DNA from: Candidatus Latescibacterota bacterium
GTDB taxonomy: Bacteria; Latescibacterota; UBA2968; UBA8231
Assembly: GCA_965223905.1 (NCBI GenBank)
Contig: CBDCXV010000009.1
Coordinates: 96,001-160,000, forward strand
Direction: 5' to 3'
DNA length: 64,000 nucleotides
The translations under genes were made by a program, and so were the position numbers. The number at the start of each line of letters is the position of its first letter. The stretch's first letter is position 1. Shown here piece by piece: positions 28,864-38,918 of the stretch. A model generated the notes under the pieces. The model was not told where the DNA came from, searched no databases, and was given only the letters and a program-made list of their open reading frames with translations.

Positions 28864-29679
28864 ATGCTGATTCCCAACCCCAAGGGACGCTACCATTTCC
28901 TCAAGGGGATCGCGCCGTACTCCGCCGGCGTCATCGCCGATCCCGGGTTCGAGATCGTCCACGTTACCCTGCGCGACCTGGACGTCGAGTGGCGTCACGG
29001 GTTCGACCTCATCGAGGCGCGGCTGCGGGCAGCAGGCGTCGAGGGCTCGGCCCTGTGCGGGGTGGAGCTGCGCTCCCCCGCTCCCTTCACCATGCAGGGG
29101 TTCATCTCGTTCAACGACCGCTACTGCCAAGTGCTGAAACAGTGGGGGCTGTACGTCGGCGACGTGAATCCGGTAGCGCGCACCAACGTCGTTCCTCTGT
29201 ACTCTCCCCCGGAGTCACCGATCCTGTACGGGTTCTCGTACGTCGTTCCCACCGACGAGCCGGTGCCCCCGACCCTGGTGATCGCCGGGGCGGGGGAACT
29301 CCGCGACGGCATTCTCGATGAGCGGGCGATTGTCCGCGCCGGCGATACCGGCCCGGAAGCGATCGCGGAGAAAGCCGCCCTGGTCATGAAAGTGATGGAG
29401 GAACGGCTCCACGGACTGGGCGCCCGCTGGGACTTGCTGCATGCGATCAACGTCTACACAGTGCACCCCATCGACGACGTCGCCGAACGCGTCATCCTCA
29501 ACCGGCTCGGCCCGGCCCGCAACCGCGGCATTCACTGGCACCGCAGCCGCCCTCCCGTCGCCGATATCGAGTTCGAGATGGATATGAGAGGGGTTCGGCA
29601 GGAACTGTTCAGTCTCTCGGGGTTCGGCCAGTTGCAGTTGAGGGTCCATTCCCCGGAAGCGCGGTCCAAGCCGGCGTAA
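28864..29679 (+). CDS. CnbZ-like deaminase (RidA-related fold)
   Basis: GIAPYSAGV, ELRSPAPFT, NPVARTNV, IAGAGE, RPPVADIEFEMD resemble 2-amino-5-chloromuconate deaminase CnbZ. Confidence 0.75.
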   Translation: MLIPNPKGRYHFLKGIAPYSAGVIADPGFEIVHVTLRDLDVEWRHGFDLIEARLRAAGVEGSALCGVELRSPAPFTMQGFISFNDRYCQVLKQWGLYVGDVNPVARTNVVPLYSPPESPILYGFSYVVPTDEPVPPTLVIAGAGELRDGILDERAIVRAGDTGPEAIAEKAALVMKVMEERLHGLGARWDLLHAINVYTVHPIDDVAERVILNRLGPARNRGIHWHRSRPPVADIEFEMDMRGVRQELFSLSGFGQLQLRVHSPEARSKPA

Positions 29680-29913
29680 GCGGCCCGGCGGGCGAGCGGT
29701 GACCTCCAGGCCGCGGCAACCCCCACCCCGGGTGCGATGCTGGGGATGGCGGGCGCCTCGTCCGACTGCGGCGAAACCCCTCGACGCGGTCCGGATCGGC
29801 TACCCGGACCTCGACCCCCCCGGCTTCACGGAGATGGGCCAGGAGTCGGGATCCCTCTCATTTTCCGGCCGTTCCGGCGGCCCCTATCTTTTTTCAGCCA
29901 GGGAGAACGAACG

Positions 29914-30777
29914 ATGAGACTGGGTGTCTGCGGCATGGTGCCGGGGGATTTTCGCGAGATCGAGGGCTCGCATCTCGAGGCGGTCCGCGCCCTCGACCTG
30001 ACCGCGGTGGCGTTTCACGGCGACGGCGAGCGCCTGCCGGAAGTGACCCCGGCGGAGTGCCGCCAGGTGCGCAGCGGGATCGCCGCGGCCGGCCTCGAGC
30101 TGCCGCAGTTCGGCATCGGCTTCGGTGAGTGCCTGTTCGATCCTGACGCCGAGGTCAGGGGGCGGGTGCTCGCGAAGATCGAGCGCGGCATCGAGGTCGG
30201 GGTGATGCTCAACGCCCACGCCACCCTGATCCGCACCGGCAGCCTGAACCCGGCCGGCTCCTACAGCCCGGCGCGCGCCAACCACGAGCCGGAGTGCCGG
30301 GAGCGCCTCGTCGACACCCTGGGCAACGTCGCCCGCAAGGCGGAAGCCGAGGGGATGACGATCGTCATCGAGACCCACCTCCTCACCATCATGAACTCTC
30401 CCGAAACCAACGCGGAGGTGGTCGAGGCCGTGGGCTCGGACCGCATCCGGGTCGTCATGGACTTCGTCAACCACTTCCAGACCCTGGCGCAGGTCTTCGA
30501 CAGCACCCCGCGGCTCGAGCACATCTTCGACGTCATGGGGGAGATCGCCCCGGTCGGCCACTTCAAGGACGTCCGCGCCGACTCCGGCCTCGTGCTGCAT
30601 CTCAACGAAGAGGTGCCCGGGGACGGCGAGCTCGACCTGGCGACGGCGCTGAGGCGCTGGCAGGGGCTGCACCCGGACGGCTACATGCTGCTCGAGCACC
30701 TGCCGGCCGAGAAGTACCCGCGTGCCGCGGCGAACGTGCAACGGATCGCCCGCGAAGCCGGGGTTGAAATTCACTGA
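29914..30777 (+). CDS. Sugar phosphate isomerase/epimerase (xylose isomerase-like TIM barrel)
   Basis: IVIETH, VMDFVN, HFKD, PGDGELD, LLEH metal-ligand pattern. Confidence 0.88.
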   Translation: MRLGVCGMVPGDFREIEGSHLEAVRALDLTAVAFHGDGERLPEVTPAECRQVRSGIAAAGLELPQFGIGFGECLFDPDAEVRGRVLAKIERGIEVGVMLNAHATLIRTGSLNPAGSYSPARANHEPECRERLVDTLGNVARKAEAEGMTIVIETHLLTIMNSPETNAEVVEAVGSDRIRVVMDFVNHFQTLAQVFDSTPRLEHIFDVMGEIAPVGHFKDVRADSGLVLHLNEEVPGDGELDLATALRRWQGLHPDGYMLLEHLPAEKYPRAAANVQRIAREAGVEIH

Positions 30778-30883
30778 GATCGTCACGGAATAATCGGATC
30801 GCGGCGGCGAGGCCGTAGAGACCGGCGATTCCAGCCGGTGACTCACCTGTCCAGCCGCCTGCCCACACCCTACAGGAGCAGCA

Positions 30884-32089
30884 ATGATCAAACCTCACGG
30901 AGCGGAGACGCTCAATCCGCGCATTGTAGGCGACGTAGGCGACGCCGACCGCGCCGGCCTGGAAGCGGAGGCGGCTGACCTTCCCTCGGTGGTCGTCGCC
31001 TCCGGCGCCGCGGCCTCCGCGGTGATGCTGGCCTCCGGCTACTTCACCCCCTGCGACGGCTTCATGGACCTCGAGACCGCCCTGTCGGTCGCCGCGGACA
31101 TGCGGTTCCCGGAAAGCAGGCTGCTGTGGCCGGTTCCCGTCGTCAACATCCTGCCCGCGAGCGAGCTGCCGCGCGGGCTGCAGCCTGGGGGCCGGCTTGC
31201 CCTGCGCGACCCCAACGTCGACGGCCATCCGCTCCTCGCCGTGCAGGAGGTGTCGGAGATCAGCGAGCTGTCCGGCGAAGACCGGGCCGCGATGATCGAG
31301 CACGTCTTCCGCACTTCCGATCCCGCCCATCCCGGGGTCGCCTCCTTCACGGCGATGGGGGACACCCTGGTCGCCGGGCCGGTCGAGGTCCTCAACTACT
31401 CCTATTTCGCCGACGACTTCCCCGGCACCTTCCGCACCGCAGGCCAGATCCGCGCCGGGTTCGAGGAACGGGGCTGGGAGAAGGTGGTAGCCTTCCAGAC
31501 GCGCAACCCCATGCACCGGGCGCACGAGGAGCTGTGCCGCATGGCCCTGGAAGCGGCCGGCGCCGACGGCCTGCTGATCCACATGCTGCTCGGCAGGCTC
31601 AAGCCGGGGGACATTCCGGCGGACGTGAGAGACGCGGCGATCCGCAAGATGGTGGAGCTCTACTTCCCCCCCAACTCGGCGATGGTCAGCGGCTACGGCT
31701 TCGACATGCTGTACGCCGGCCCACGAGAGGCGGTGCTGCACGCCATCTTCCGCCAGAACGCCGGCTGCAGCCACCTGATCGTCGGCCGCGACCACGCCGG
31801 GGTCGGCGACTACTACGGCGCCTTCGACGCCCAGACCGTCTTCGACGACATCCCCGAAGACGGTCTGGAGATCGAGATTTTCCGGGGGGACCACACGGTC
31901 TGGTGCAACGAGTGCGGCGCCGTCGTCATGATGAGGGACTGCCCCCACGAGTCCGACGCCTACCTCATGCTGTCGGGCACGAAGGTCAGGGATATGCTGG
32001 CCGCGGGGGAGGCGCTGCCGCCCGAGTTCGCCCGCCCCGAGGTGGCCGCGATCCTGGCCGACTACTACCAGCGGGAGCAGACCGGCTGA
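30884..32089 (+). CDS. sat: Sulfate adenylyltransferase (ATP sulfurylase)
   Basis: VAFQTRNPMHRAHE, MLYAGPREAVLHA, IVGRDHAGVGDYY, LSGTKVR, PPEFARPEV. Confidence 0.96.
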   Translation: MIKPHGAETLNPRIVGDVGDADRAGLEAEAADLPSVVVASGAAASAVMLASGYFTPCDGFMDLETALSVAADMRFPESRLLWPVPVVNILPASELPRGLQPGGRLALRDPNVDGHPLLAVQEVSEISELSGEDRAAMIEHVFRTSDPAHPGVASFTAMGDTLVAGPVEVLNYSYFADDFPGTFRTAGQIRAGFEERGWEKVVAFQTRNPMHRAHEELCRMALEAAGADGLLIHMLLGRLKPGDIPADVRDAAIRKMVELYFPPNSAMVSGYGFDMLYAGPREAVLHAIFRQNAGCSHLIVGRDHAGVGDYYGAFDAQTVFDDIPEDGLEIEIFRGDHTVWCNECGAVVMMRDCPHESDAYLMLSGTKVRDMLAAGEALPPEFARPEVAAILADYYQREQTG

Positions 32090-32111
32090 GAGCCGTCCGC
32101 GGCGGAAGCGG

Positions 32112-33119
32112 CTACGGCCTCTTCACGGCGCTGTCCCGGCGCTCGTGCATGTTCTTCTCCATCGCCTCCGGGTAGCGGTCGGGCAGGTGGGAGACCGCGT
32201 CGAGCCTGGCTTTCGCCCCGGCGTCGAGAGACCAGCCGGAGGCCCGCACGTTGTCGGCGAACTGCTCGAGGGTGCGCGCCCCGGCGATGACGGAGGTGAC
32301 GGCCGGCTGCTCGAGGACCCAGCGCAGCGCCGCCTGTGAGGGCGTCCTGCCGACCTCGGCGGCGACATCGAGCAGGCACTGCAGCGACTCGTCGGCGTTG
32401 GCGGCGAAGAAGTCCTCCGGATAGGCCCAGCCCTCCTCGGACCGGGTGCCCCGCAGGGTGCGCTCCCCCGGGCGGTACTTCCCCGACAGAAACCCGCCTC
32501 CCAGCGGGCTCCAGACCACCACCCCGAGCCCCTTGTGCAGGCAGAGCGGAATCAGCTCCTGCTCGATGTCGCGGACCACGAGGCTGTACTGGGGCTGGAA
32601 GCAGTCAAAGCGGGCCCAGCCGTTGGCGTCGCTGATCCAGAGAGCTTCACACAGGCGCCAGGCCTGGTAGTTGCTGCAGGCGGTGTAGCGGACCTTGCCC
32701 TGGTGCACGAGATCGTCGAGGGTGCGCAGCATCTCTTCGAGGGGGGTCTGCGTGTCGACGTGGTGGATGTAGTAGAGATCGACGTAGTCCATGCGCAGGC
32801 GGCGCAGGCTCGCTTCGACAGCCTGCATGATGTGTAGCCGCGACATCCCCGAATCGTTGGGGCCGCTTCCCATCGGGTTGAAGAACTTGGTCGCCACCAC
32901 GGCGTCGTCGCGGCGCCCCTCGAGGGCCTTGCCGAGCAGCACCTCCGATTCCCCCTCCCCGTAGGAGTTGGCGGTGTCGAAGAAGTTGACCCCGGCGTCG
33001 ATGGCGGCGTCGACGATCCGCCTCGACTCCCCCTCGCCGGTGCCGTGCCCGAAGGTCATGGTGCCGAGGCAGATCTCCGACACCTTCAGGCCGGTGCGCC
33101 CCATTCTCCTGTATTCCAT
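32112..33119 (-). CDS. Aldo/keto reductase
   Basis: GLKVSEICLGTMTFG, FDTANSYG, SLRRL..DYVDLY, WSPLGGGFLSGKY. Confidence 0.94.
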   Translation of the reverse strand: MEYRRMGRTGLKVSEICLGTMTFGHGTGEGESRRIVDAAIDAGVNFFDTANSYGEGESEVLLGKALEGRRDDAVVATKFFNPMGSGPNDSGMSRLHIMQAVEASLRRLRMDYVDLYYIHHVDTQTPLEEMLRTLDDLVHQGKVRYTACSNYQAWRLCEALWISDANGWARFDCFQPQYSLVVRDIEQELIPLCLHKGLGVVVWSPLGGGFLSGKYRPGERTLRGTRSEEGWAYPEDFFAANADESLQCLLDVAAEVGRTPSQAALRWVLEQPAVTSVIAGARTLEQFADNVRASGWSLDAGAKARLDAVSHLPDRYPEAMEKNMHERRDSAVKRP

Positions 33120-33153
33120 CGCCGAGTCTCCTTTGGGGTTGCTTCCCTGATTG

Positions 33154-34218
33154 TCAGCCGCGGTACCGGGCCTCGTCCCCAGGTTCCGAGGCGATGTCCG
33201 CGAGGTCGACGCCGAGGGTGCGCCCGCACTCCTCCAGCTCGGCCCAGGTAGGCTGCGGAATCTCGATGCCGGCGCGCAGGCGCTCGCCGCGGCTGCGGTG
33301 CTCGTAGTCTCCGGGCACGATCACCTCGTCGAAGCCGGGGGCCGGCGACGTCGCCTTGACGCGGTCGAGGAAAGCCCGCGCCGCCTCCCGGTAGGGGGCC
33401 AGCGGCGTCAGGCCGTCGACGTTCATCACCAGCATGACGTGGCCGACGATGCGCCCGTCGCCCGCCTCGTGATCTCCCGACAGCCCGCACAGCAGCCCCA
33501 CGAGCAGCGACAGGGCGTATCCCTTGTGGCCGCCGAAGCCGAGCAGGTTTCCGCCGTCGAAGTAGGCTTCCGGGTCGACGCTTGGATTCCCGTCCCGGTC
33601 GACGATGCAGCCGGAAGGCAGGGGCAGGCCGCGGCTGCGGGCGAGCAGGGCCTTGCTGATGGCGATCCCGCTGGTGGCGTAGTCGAGAACGAAGGGAGGG
33701 CCGTCCGCGGTGGGAATCCCCGCGGCGATCGGGTTGGTCCCCAAAGCCCCTTCCGCGCCCCCGTAGGGAAGCGTGCACGATCCGCTGCCGCCGTAGAGGA
33801 CGATGCCGATGAACCCCTCCCGGGCCGCCATCTCCGCGTACTCCCCGAGGCGCCCCATGTGCTGGATGCGGCGGAAGCTGGCGCGGCAGATCTCGTTTTC
33901 CGCGGCCTTCTCGAGCAGCCTACTCATGCCCCAGTGGGCGGCGTAGTGCCCGTGCCCATCGCGGCCGTCGATGACGAGACTGGCCGCCGTCTCCCTGACG
34001 ACCACCGGCTCGGCCGCGGCATCGAGCTGTGCGTCCGCAATCGATTTCAGGTACCTCGGCAGGTGGAGGACCCCGTGGGAATCGTGGCCGGCGAGGTTGG
34101 AGTTCACGAGCACCTCGGCGACTACGTCGGCGATGTGCCTCGGCGTGGCCGCGGACATCAGCAGACGGCGGATGAGGGCGTGAAGCCTTGGCGCCGACAG
34201 TCTTTTCGAGGGGGACAT
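33154..34218 (-). CDS. Ldh_2 family oxidoreductase (second paralog)
   Basis: AGHDSHGV, HMGRLGEY, GTNPIAAG, DYATS, FGGHKGYAL. Confidence 0.9.
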   Translation of the reverse strand: MSPSKRLSAPRLHALIRRLLMSAATPRHIADVVAEVLVNSNLAGHDSHGVLHLPRYLKSIADAQLDAAAEPVVVRETAASLVIDGRDGHGHYAAHWGMSRLLEKAAENEICRASFRRIQHMGRLGEYAEMAAREGFIGIVLYGGSGSCTLPYGGAEGALGTNPIAAGIPTADGPPFVLDYATSGIAISKALLARSRGLPLPSGCIVDRDGNPSVDPEAYFDGGNLLGFGGHKGYALSLLVGLLCGLSGDHEAGDGRIVGHVMLVMNVDGLTPLAPYREAARAFLDRVKATSPAPGFDEVIVPGDYEHRSRGERLRAGIEIPQPTWAELEECGRTLGVDLADIASEPGDEARYRG

Positions 34219-34442
34219 TCGCTGCGCTCCACCAAGTGTGAAGGCGATAATCTCTTCCCGCGGGGTGCCGTTGCCAAATCATGCCGGCAGGTGGGAAGAC
34301 CTGGCAGGGGGGGATGCAGATGGCCGGTGAGAACCAGCCCGATCACCTTCCACATGGTTTCAACCGCTGCCGTGGAAATAGCTCAGGAGCCTCCAAAAAT
34401 TGACGGGCAGTTTTCCTAGATTTCCCTTAGGTGTATAGGACC

Positions 34443-35804
34443 ATGTCTTTCCATTTGAATACAAACAAGACCTGCGAGCTGCACGTTCACCTCGGGGGCT
34501 GTTTCTACGCCGAGGATCTGATCCGCTTCGGCGGCGATGTCTACCAGGAGGTCGACTGGTCCGGCTTCTGCGACGGGTACGAGCAGGCCTACGGCGAGCG
34601 GCCCGACGCCCCCCGGCTGTATCGCGAAGCCCTGTCGGGATCCCGTAGCGGCGCAGACGCCTTTCGCCGTCATTTCGTGTACACTCCGGCGGACGGCCCG
34701 GACTTTCACCGATTCCTCGCCAAGTTCCAGTTCTTCATATGTCTCGCGCGGCACTTCGCAGCGATCGGCAGAGAGAGCGAGCTGTTCGCCGCGGCCATCG
34801 AGCGCCATCGTTCCGAAGGCCTGGAATACGTCGAATACCGGGCAATGGACAACCGCGGTGTCGGCAACCCGGAGGGCTTCCTCTCCTTTCACCGGGGCAA
34901 CGCCGAGATCATCCGCCTGGCTTCGGACCGCGGGTTCACCGCCCGCTACGTGATCTCGCTGCCGCGCTGGGAGCCGATGGAAGCCTATGCGCTGGTGCAG
35001 CGGCTCCTCGACGGATCTCCCGAGTTGATCGAAACAGTGGTCGGCCTCGACTTCTGCCACGTCGAGGAGGGGTTCCCGCCGAAGCTCGTCCGTCCCCTGT
35101 TCGACCAGGTGGCTGCCGACAACAGGGAACGTCCCGGGCGCGCCCTCGAGATCGTTTACCACGTCGGGGAGTCGTTCTACGACAAGTCGCTGGAGAGCGC
35201 CGTGCGCTGGTGCCACGAGGCCGCGGAACTGGGGGCCCGCCGGCTCGGCCACTGCCTGGCCCTCGGCCTCGATCCGGTGATCGCGGTCGGCCGCAGGGCG
35301 AGTGCCCACGAGGAGGAGCTGGTTTCGGAGCGCCTCGACCAGATCGGCTACGACCTCGCCCACGCCGTGGCCTTGCGCAGGTACGGCGTCGGCGTCGACC
35401 TGCCGGCCCTGGAAAGGGAGAGGTCGGAGCTGCGTCGAAAGGAGGCGGGCGACCTGGTATCGCGACCCTACGACGAGGGCCGGCTGGCCGATATCAGGAA
35501 GCGGCAGAGGTTTGCCCTCGACGCCGTGGCGAAGTCGGGCGCGGTGATCGAAACCTGCCCGACCTCCAACCTCTGTATCGGGGGGGTGCCCGATCCCGCG
35601 GCCCATCCGGTGCGGCGGTTTCTCGAGTCCGAGGTGAACCTCGTTGTTGCCGCCGACGACCCGGGGATCTTCGATTCGCCCCTGGCCGCCGAGGTCGACT
35701 GGGTGTTGCGCCACTCGGAAATGGACGAGGCCGGGCTCGCGGCGCGCCTCGGGGACCCGAGGCGGTTCAGGCTGGGCCGGATGCGCCCGGGGTCGACAGG
35801 TTGA
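34443..35804 (+). CDS. Adenosine deaminase-like amidohydrolase
   Basis: [34 protein letters not shown]. Confidence 0.8.
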   Translation: MSFHLNTNKTCELHVHLGGCFYAEDLIRFGGDVYQEVDWSGFCDGYEQAYGERPDAPRLYREALSGSRSGADAFRRHFVYTPADGPDFHRFLAKFQFFICLARHFAAIGRESELFAAAIERHRSEGLEYVEYRAMDNRGVGNPEGFLSFHRGNAEIIRLASDRGFTARYVISLPRWEPMEAYALVQRLLDGSPELIETVVGLDFCHVEEGFPPKLVRPLFDQVAADNRERPGRALEIVYHVGESFYDKSLESAVRWCHEAAELGARRLGHCLALGLDPVIAVGRRASAHEEELVSERLDQIGYDLAHAVALRRYGVGVDLPALERERSELRRKEAGDLVSRPYDEGRLADIRKRQRFALDAVAKSGAVIETCPTSNLCIGGVPDPAAHPVRRFLESEVNLVVAADDPGIFDSPLAAEVDWVLRHSEMDEAGLAARLGDPRRFRLGRMRPGSTG

Positions 35805-36384
35805 TCGCGCCGCCGGCGATTCTCCGCAGAGTATCGGTGAACAGCAGGTGCTCCCGTTTCAGGACGCGCGCCGCCAGGGTTTCCGGGGTGTCCCCGGGGA
35901 GCACCGGGACCCTGGCCTGGGCGAGGACGGGGCCGTGGTCGTAGAGCTCGTCGACCAGGTGCACGGTGGCGCCGCTCTCGGTGTCCCCGGAAGCGAGCAC
36001 CGCCTCGTGCACTGCCCTGCCGTAGAACCCGCGCCCCCCGTATCTCGGCAGTAGCGCGGGGTGGATGTTGAGGACGCGGCCCTCGAAGGCCCGCAGCGTG
36101 CGCGGCCCGAGCAGCTTCATGTACCCGGCCAGGCAGAGAATCCCGGCGCCGCAGTTGCTCAGCACCGAGGCGACGGCGGCGTCGAGTGCGTCCGGGTCGG
36201 GGTGGGTGCGGCTGCTCAGGTGAAACGCGGGGATCCCCTGGCGGCGTGCCCGCTCCAGCGCCTGCGAGCGAGAGTTGTTGCCGACCACCGCCACCGGCTC
36301 CGCAGGAAGGCGCCCGTCCCTGCAGGCGTCGACGATCGCCTGCATGTTGGTGCCGCTGCCTGAGGCCAGGAATCCGAGCTTCAT
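35767..36384 (-). CDS. purN: Phosphoribosylglycinamide formyltransferase
   Basis: [41 protein letters not shown]. Confidence 0.96.
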   Translation of the reverse strand: MKLGFLASGSGTNMQAIVDACRDGRLPAEPVAVVGNNSRSQALERARRQGIPAFHLSSRTHPDPDALDAAVASVLSNCGAGILCLAGYMKLLGPRTLRAFEGRVLNIHPALLPRYGGRGFYGRAVHEAVLASGDTESGATVHLVDELYDHGPVLAQARVPVLPGDTPETLAARVLKREHLLFTDTLRRIAGGAINLSTPGASGPA

Positions 36385-36420
36385 GCGCGCTATTGCAGAG
36401 GCGACTCGCGCTCCGTCCGG

Positions 36421-36771
36421 TCAGAGTATCTCGAGCACCTGCTGAGGCGGCCGCCCCAGGCGGGCGCGGTCCCCGGCGACGACTATCGGGCGCTCGATCA
36501 GGATCGGGTGGGCGGCCATCGCCCCGACCAGCGCCTCGCGGTTGTCGAGCTTGCCGGCGAGGCCGAGGTTCTCGTACTCCTTCTCTTTCGAGCGCAGCAG
36601 GTCCGCGGGCTCGATCTCCAGGAGGCGGAGCAGGCGGTCGAGGGTCTCCTGGTCGGGGGGCGATTTCAGGTACTCGACGACCGTCGGCTCGAGGCCGCGC
36701 TGGCGCAGCAGCCCCAGCGTCTCGCGGCTCTTGCTGCATTGCGGGTTGTGGTAGATGGTGACGTCCGGCAT
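36421..36771 (-). CDS. arsC: Arsenate reductase (glutaredoxin) ArsC family
   Basis: IYHNPQCSKSR, LIERPIV, RLGRPP. Confidence 0.9.
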   Translation of the reverse strand: MPDVTIYHNPQCSKSRETLGLLRQRGLEPTVVEYLKSPPDQETLDRLLRLLEIEPADLLRSKEKEYENLGLAGKLDNREALVGAMAAHPILIERPIVVAGDRARLGRPPQQVLEIL

Positions 36772-36866
36772 GTTCCCTCGCGGTGCTATTGAAGTTTGAC
36801 AGGCGAAGCGGTTTGCGGTAATAAACCGCGTCCCTGACTCAAATGATTCTGTCGAAAGGTCGATCC

Positions 36867-37829
36867 ATGTCATTCAAATTCGTGCTTCTACCCCCTTCCG
36901 GCGACTTCCGCATGGCCGCCAGAATCGAGACGGCCGTTCCCGAAGCGAACGTCGTCGTCTGCGAGGACCGCGCCCAGGCGCTCGAGGAGCTGGCCGATGC
37001 GCCGGCGGCGTTCGGAACCCTGGATCCCGAGCTGCTGGCCGCAACTCATGGCCTGAAGTGGCTGGCGGCGCCGGCTGCCGGCCCCAACCCGAGCTTCTAC
37101 TTTCCCGAGCTGGTCGCCAGCGACGTCGTAGTCACCAACATGCGCGGCATCTACTCCGACCACATAGGCGTCCACATCATGGCTTTCGTGCTGGCGTTCG
37201 CCCGCCACCTGCACGTCTACCTGCCGGCGCAGCAGCGGGGTGAATGGGGTCCCGGTGGAGAAGGGGGTACGTCCATTCACCTGCCCGGCGCCACCGCGGT
37301 CATCATCGGGGTCGGCGGCATCGGTTCCGAAGCGGCCCGCCACTGCGCCCACTTCGGCATGCACGTGGTCGGCATCGATCCGCGAGTTCCGTCCGCGCCC
37401 GAGGGGGTCCAGGAGCTGTACACCCCGGAGGTGCTCGACGAGCAGCTCGGCCGCGGGGATTTCGTCATCATGACGGCACCGCAGACGCCGCAGATGGAGC
37501 GGCTCATCGACGGGAAGCGGCTCGCGCACATGAAGACGAGCGGCATTCTCATCAACATAGGACGGGGTTCGAACGTCGTCCTCGACGACCTCGCAGACGC
37601 CCTCTACGAGGGGAGGATAGGAGGGGCGGCGCTGGACGTCTTCGAGATCGAGCCGCTGCCGCCGGGCCACAGGCTGTGGAAGGCGCCGAATTTCCTGATG
37701 ACTCCGCACACCGCGGGGTCCGGGCCCTACCTGGAGGAGCGCCGCCTCCAGCTGCAGGTCGAGAACTGCCGCCGCTTCGCCCGCGGCGAGGAGCTGGCCA
37801 ACGTCGTCGACAAGGCGAACTGGTTCTGA
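36867..37829 (+). CDS. D-2-hydroxyacid dehydrogenase
   Basis: GVGGIG, INIGRG, LDVFEIEPLP, MTPHTAG, NVVDKANWF. Confidence 0.9.
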   Translation: MSFKFVLLPPSGDFRMAARIETAVPEANVVVCEDRAQALEELADAPAAFGTLDPELLAATHGLKWLAAPAAGPNPSFYFPELVASDVVVTNMRGIYSDHIGVHIMAFVLAFARHLHVYLPAQQRGEWGPGGEGGTSIHLPGATAVIIGVGGIGSEAARHCAHFGMHVVGIDPRVPSAPEGVQELYTPEVLDEQLGRGDFVIMTAPQTPQMERLIDGKRLAHMKTSGILINIGRGSNVVLDDLADALYEGRIGGAALDVFEIEPLPPGHRLWKAPNFLMTPHTAGSGPYLEERRLQLQVENCRRFARGEELANVVDKANWF

Positions 37830-37960
37830 GATCTGCCCCGGCTGACGGCAGCATGCCTCACCGGGGTGGTCCGCATTGGAGAGACGAGGAGGCCGCGACG
37901 GGGCCGCGAGGAAGATCCGCGGCGAGCCGGGGATCGGCTGACCGAATCACGCGGCCTGGT

Positions 37961-38087
37961 GGCGAGCGAAGGCAACGCTTGGGAGACGGGATTGAGGGAA
38001 GAATCGCACAGATGAACGGGGTTGGATTGAACCGCGGTTTTTTCCTCGAGATGCAGCCGCGGCCGAATTCACGCGGAATTGCGCGCG
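37961..38087. repeat. Dispersed intergenic repeat, copy 1
   Basis: GGCGAGCGAAG..CGGGATTGAGGG..GAATCGCACAGATGAAC..TCGAGATGCAGC..ATTCACG..ATTGCGCGCG shared with 42699-42820. Confidence 0.8.
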
Positions 38088-38117
38088 GGCACCAGGGGGC
38101 AGGTACCGTCAGGATGA

Positions 38118-38774
38118 TCAGGGGAGGCGCAGGGAGGAGCCTTTCACCGGCAGGCTTCCGATTATCAGCAGCCAGCCGTGCGCCTTCGGTTTCTTGACCG
38201 ACCACTCCTTGATCTCGCCGCCGAGCTTCTTCTCGGCCCTCTCGCATACCTCGTCGAACGGAGGCCTCCCCGGGTCGGCGATGATCACCTGCTGCACCCC
38301 GGCCTTCAACGCCTTGCGAATCACCTTGTAGAGCGGGTCGATCAGCTCGTCCCAGAAGCAGATCTCGACGCCGATCATCAGGTCGTACCCTTCCATCTGC
38401 TTTTTGGTGAGGTTCTCGAAGCGCGATCTCCGGTGCGACAGGTCGACGCCGTTGATCTCGGCGTGGAGGTGCATGTAGGGGAAGACGTTGGGATCGGCGT
38501 CGACGCCGGTGACGCTGGCGCCGAACTCCCTGGCGCAGAAGATGCCGGCCAGCCCCCAGCCGCAGCCTAGCTCCATCACCTTCGCCTGCTGCGGCAGGCC
38601 CTGGCGCTGCAGGTAGTCCATAACCAGGAAGCTGGTCTTCCAGAACCGGTCCCCGTGGATTTCCGGCTCGTTCTCCTTGCCCAGGGCCCGCACCCGGGGG
38701 TGGGATTTCTTGAGGATCGTGAGACCGAAGGCGGACCGCTCCGTGCTCTTGGCCGCCTTCTTCTTCTTGCCCAT
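38118..38774 (-). CDS. Class I SAM-dependent methyltransferase (Methyltransf_16/METTL21-like)
   Basis: IHGDRFW, MELGCGWGLAG, GVDAD, EICFWD, IADPGR. Confidence 0.82.
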   Translation of the reverse strand: MGKKKKAAKSTERSAFGLTILKKSHPRVRALGKENEPEIHGDRFWKTSFLVMDYLQRQGLPQQAKVMELGCGWGLAGIFCAREFGASVTGVDADPNVFPYMHLHAEINGVDLSHRRSRFENLTKKQMEGYDLMIGVEICFWDELIDPLYKVIRKALKAGVQQVIIADPGRPPFDEVCERAEKKLGGEIKEWSVKKPKAHGWLLIIGSLPVKGSSLRLP

Positions 38775-38918
38775 GGGAAAACAGGGGGGATGGATTAGAT
38801 TAAACGATTTGCCGCTATTGCCTGGAACGCCTGTCGCAGGCCGCAGAAACTACGAAACCATCCCCTTCCTGCAAGAAAGCGGCTGCCCCCCCGAACAAGG
38901 CGTTCAAGGGCCAGACCG

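Noticed and set aside
30778-30883. SAM riboswitch upstream of sat
   Set aside because: No SAM-I/II consensus and the region is short
34397-34409. 13-bp match AAATTGACGGGCA to 6276-6288
   Set aside because: Single short match containing a generic -35-like TTGACG; compatible with chance
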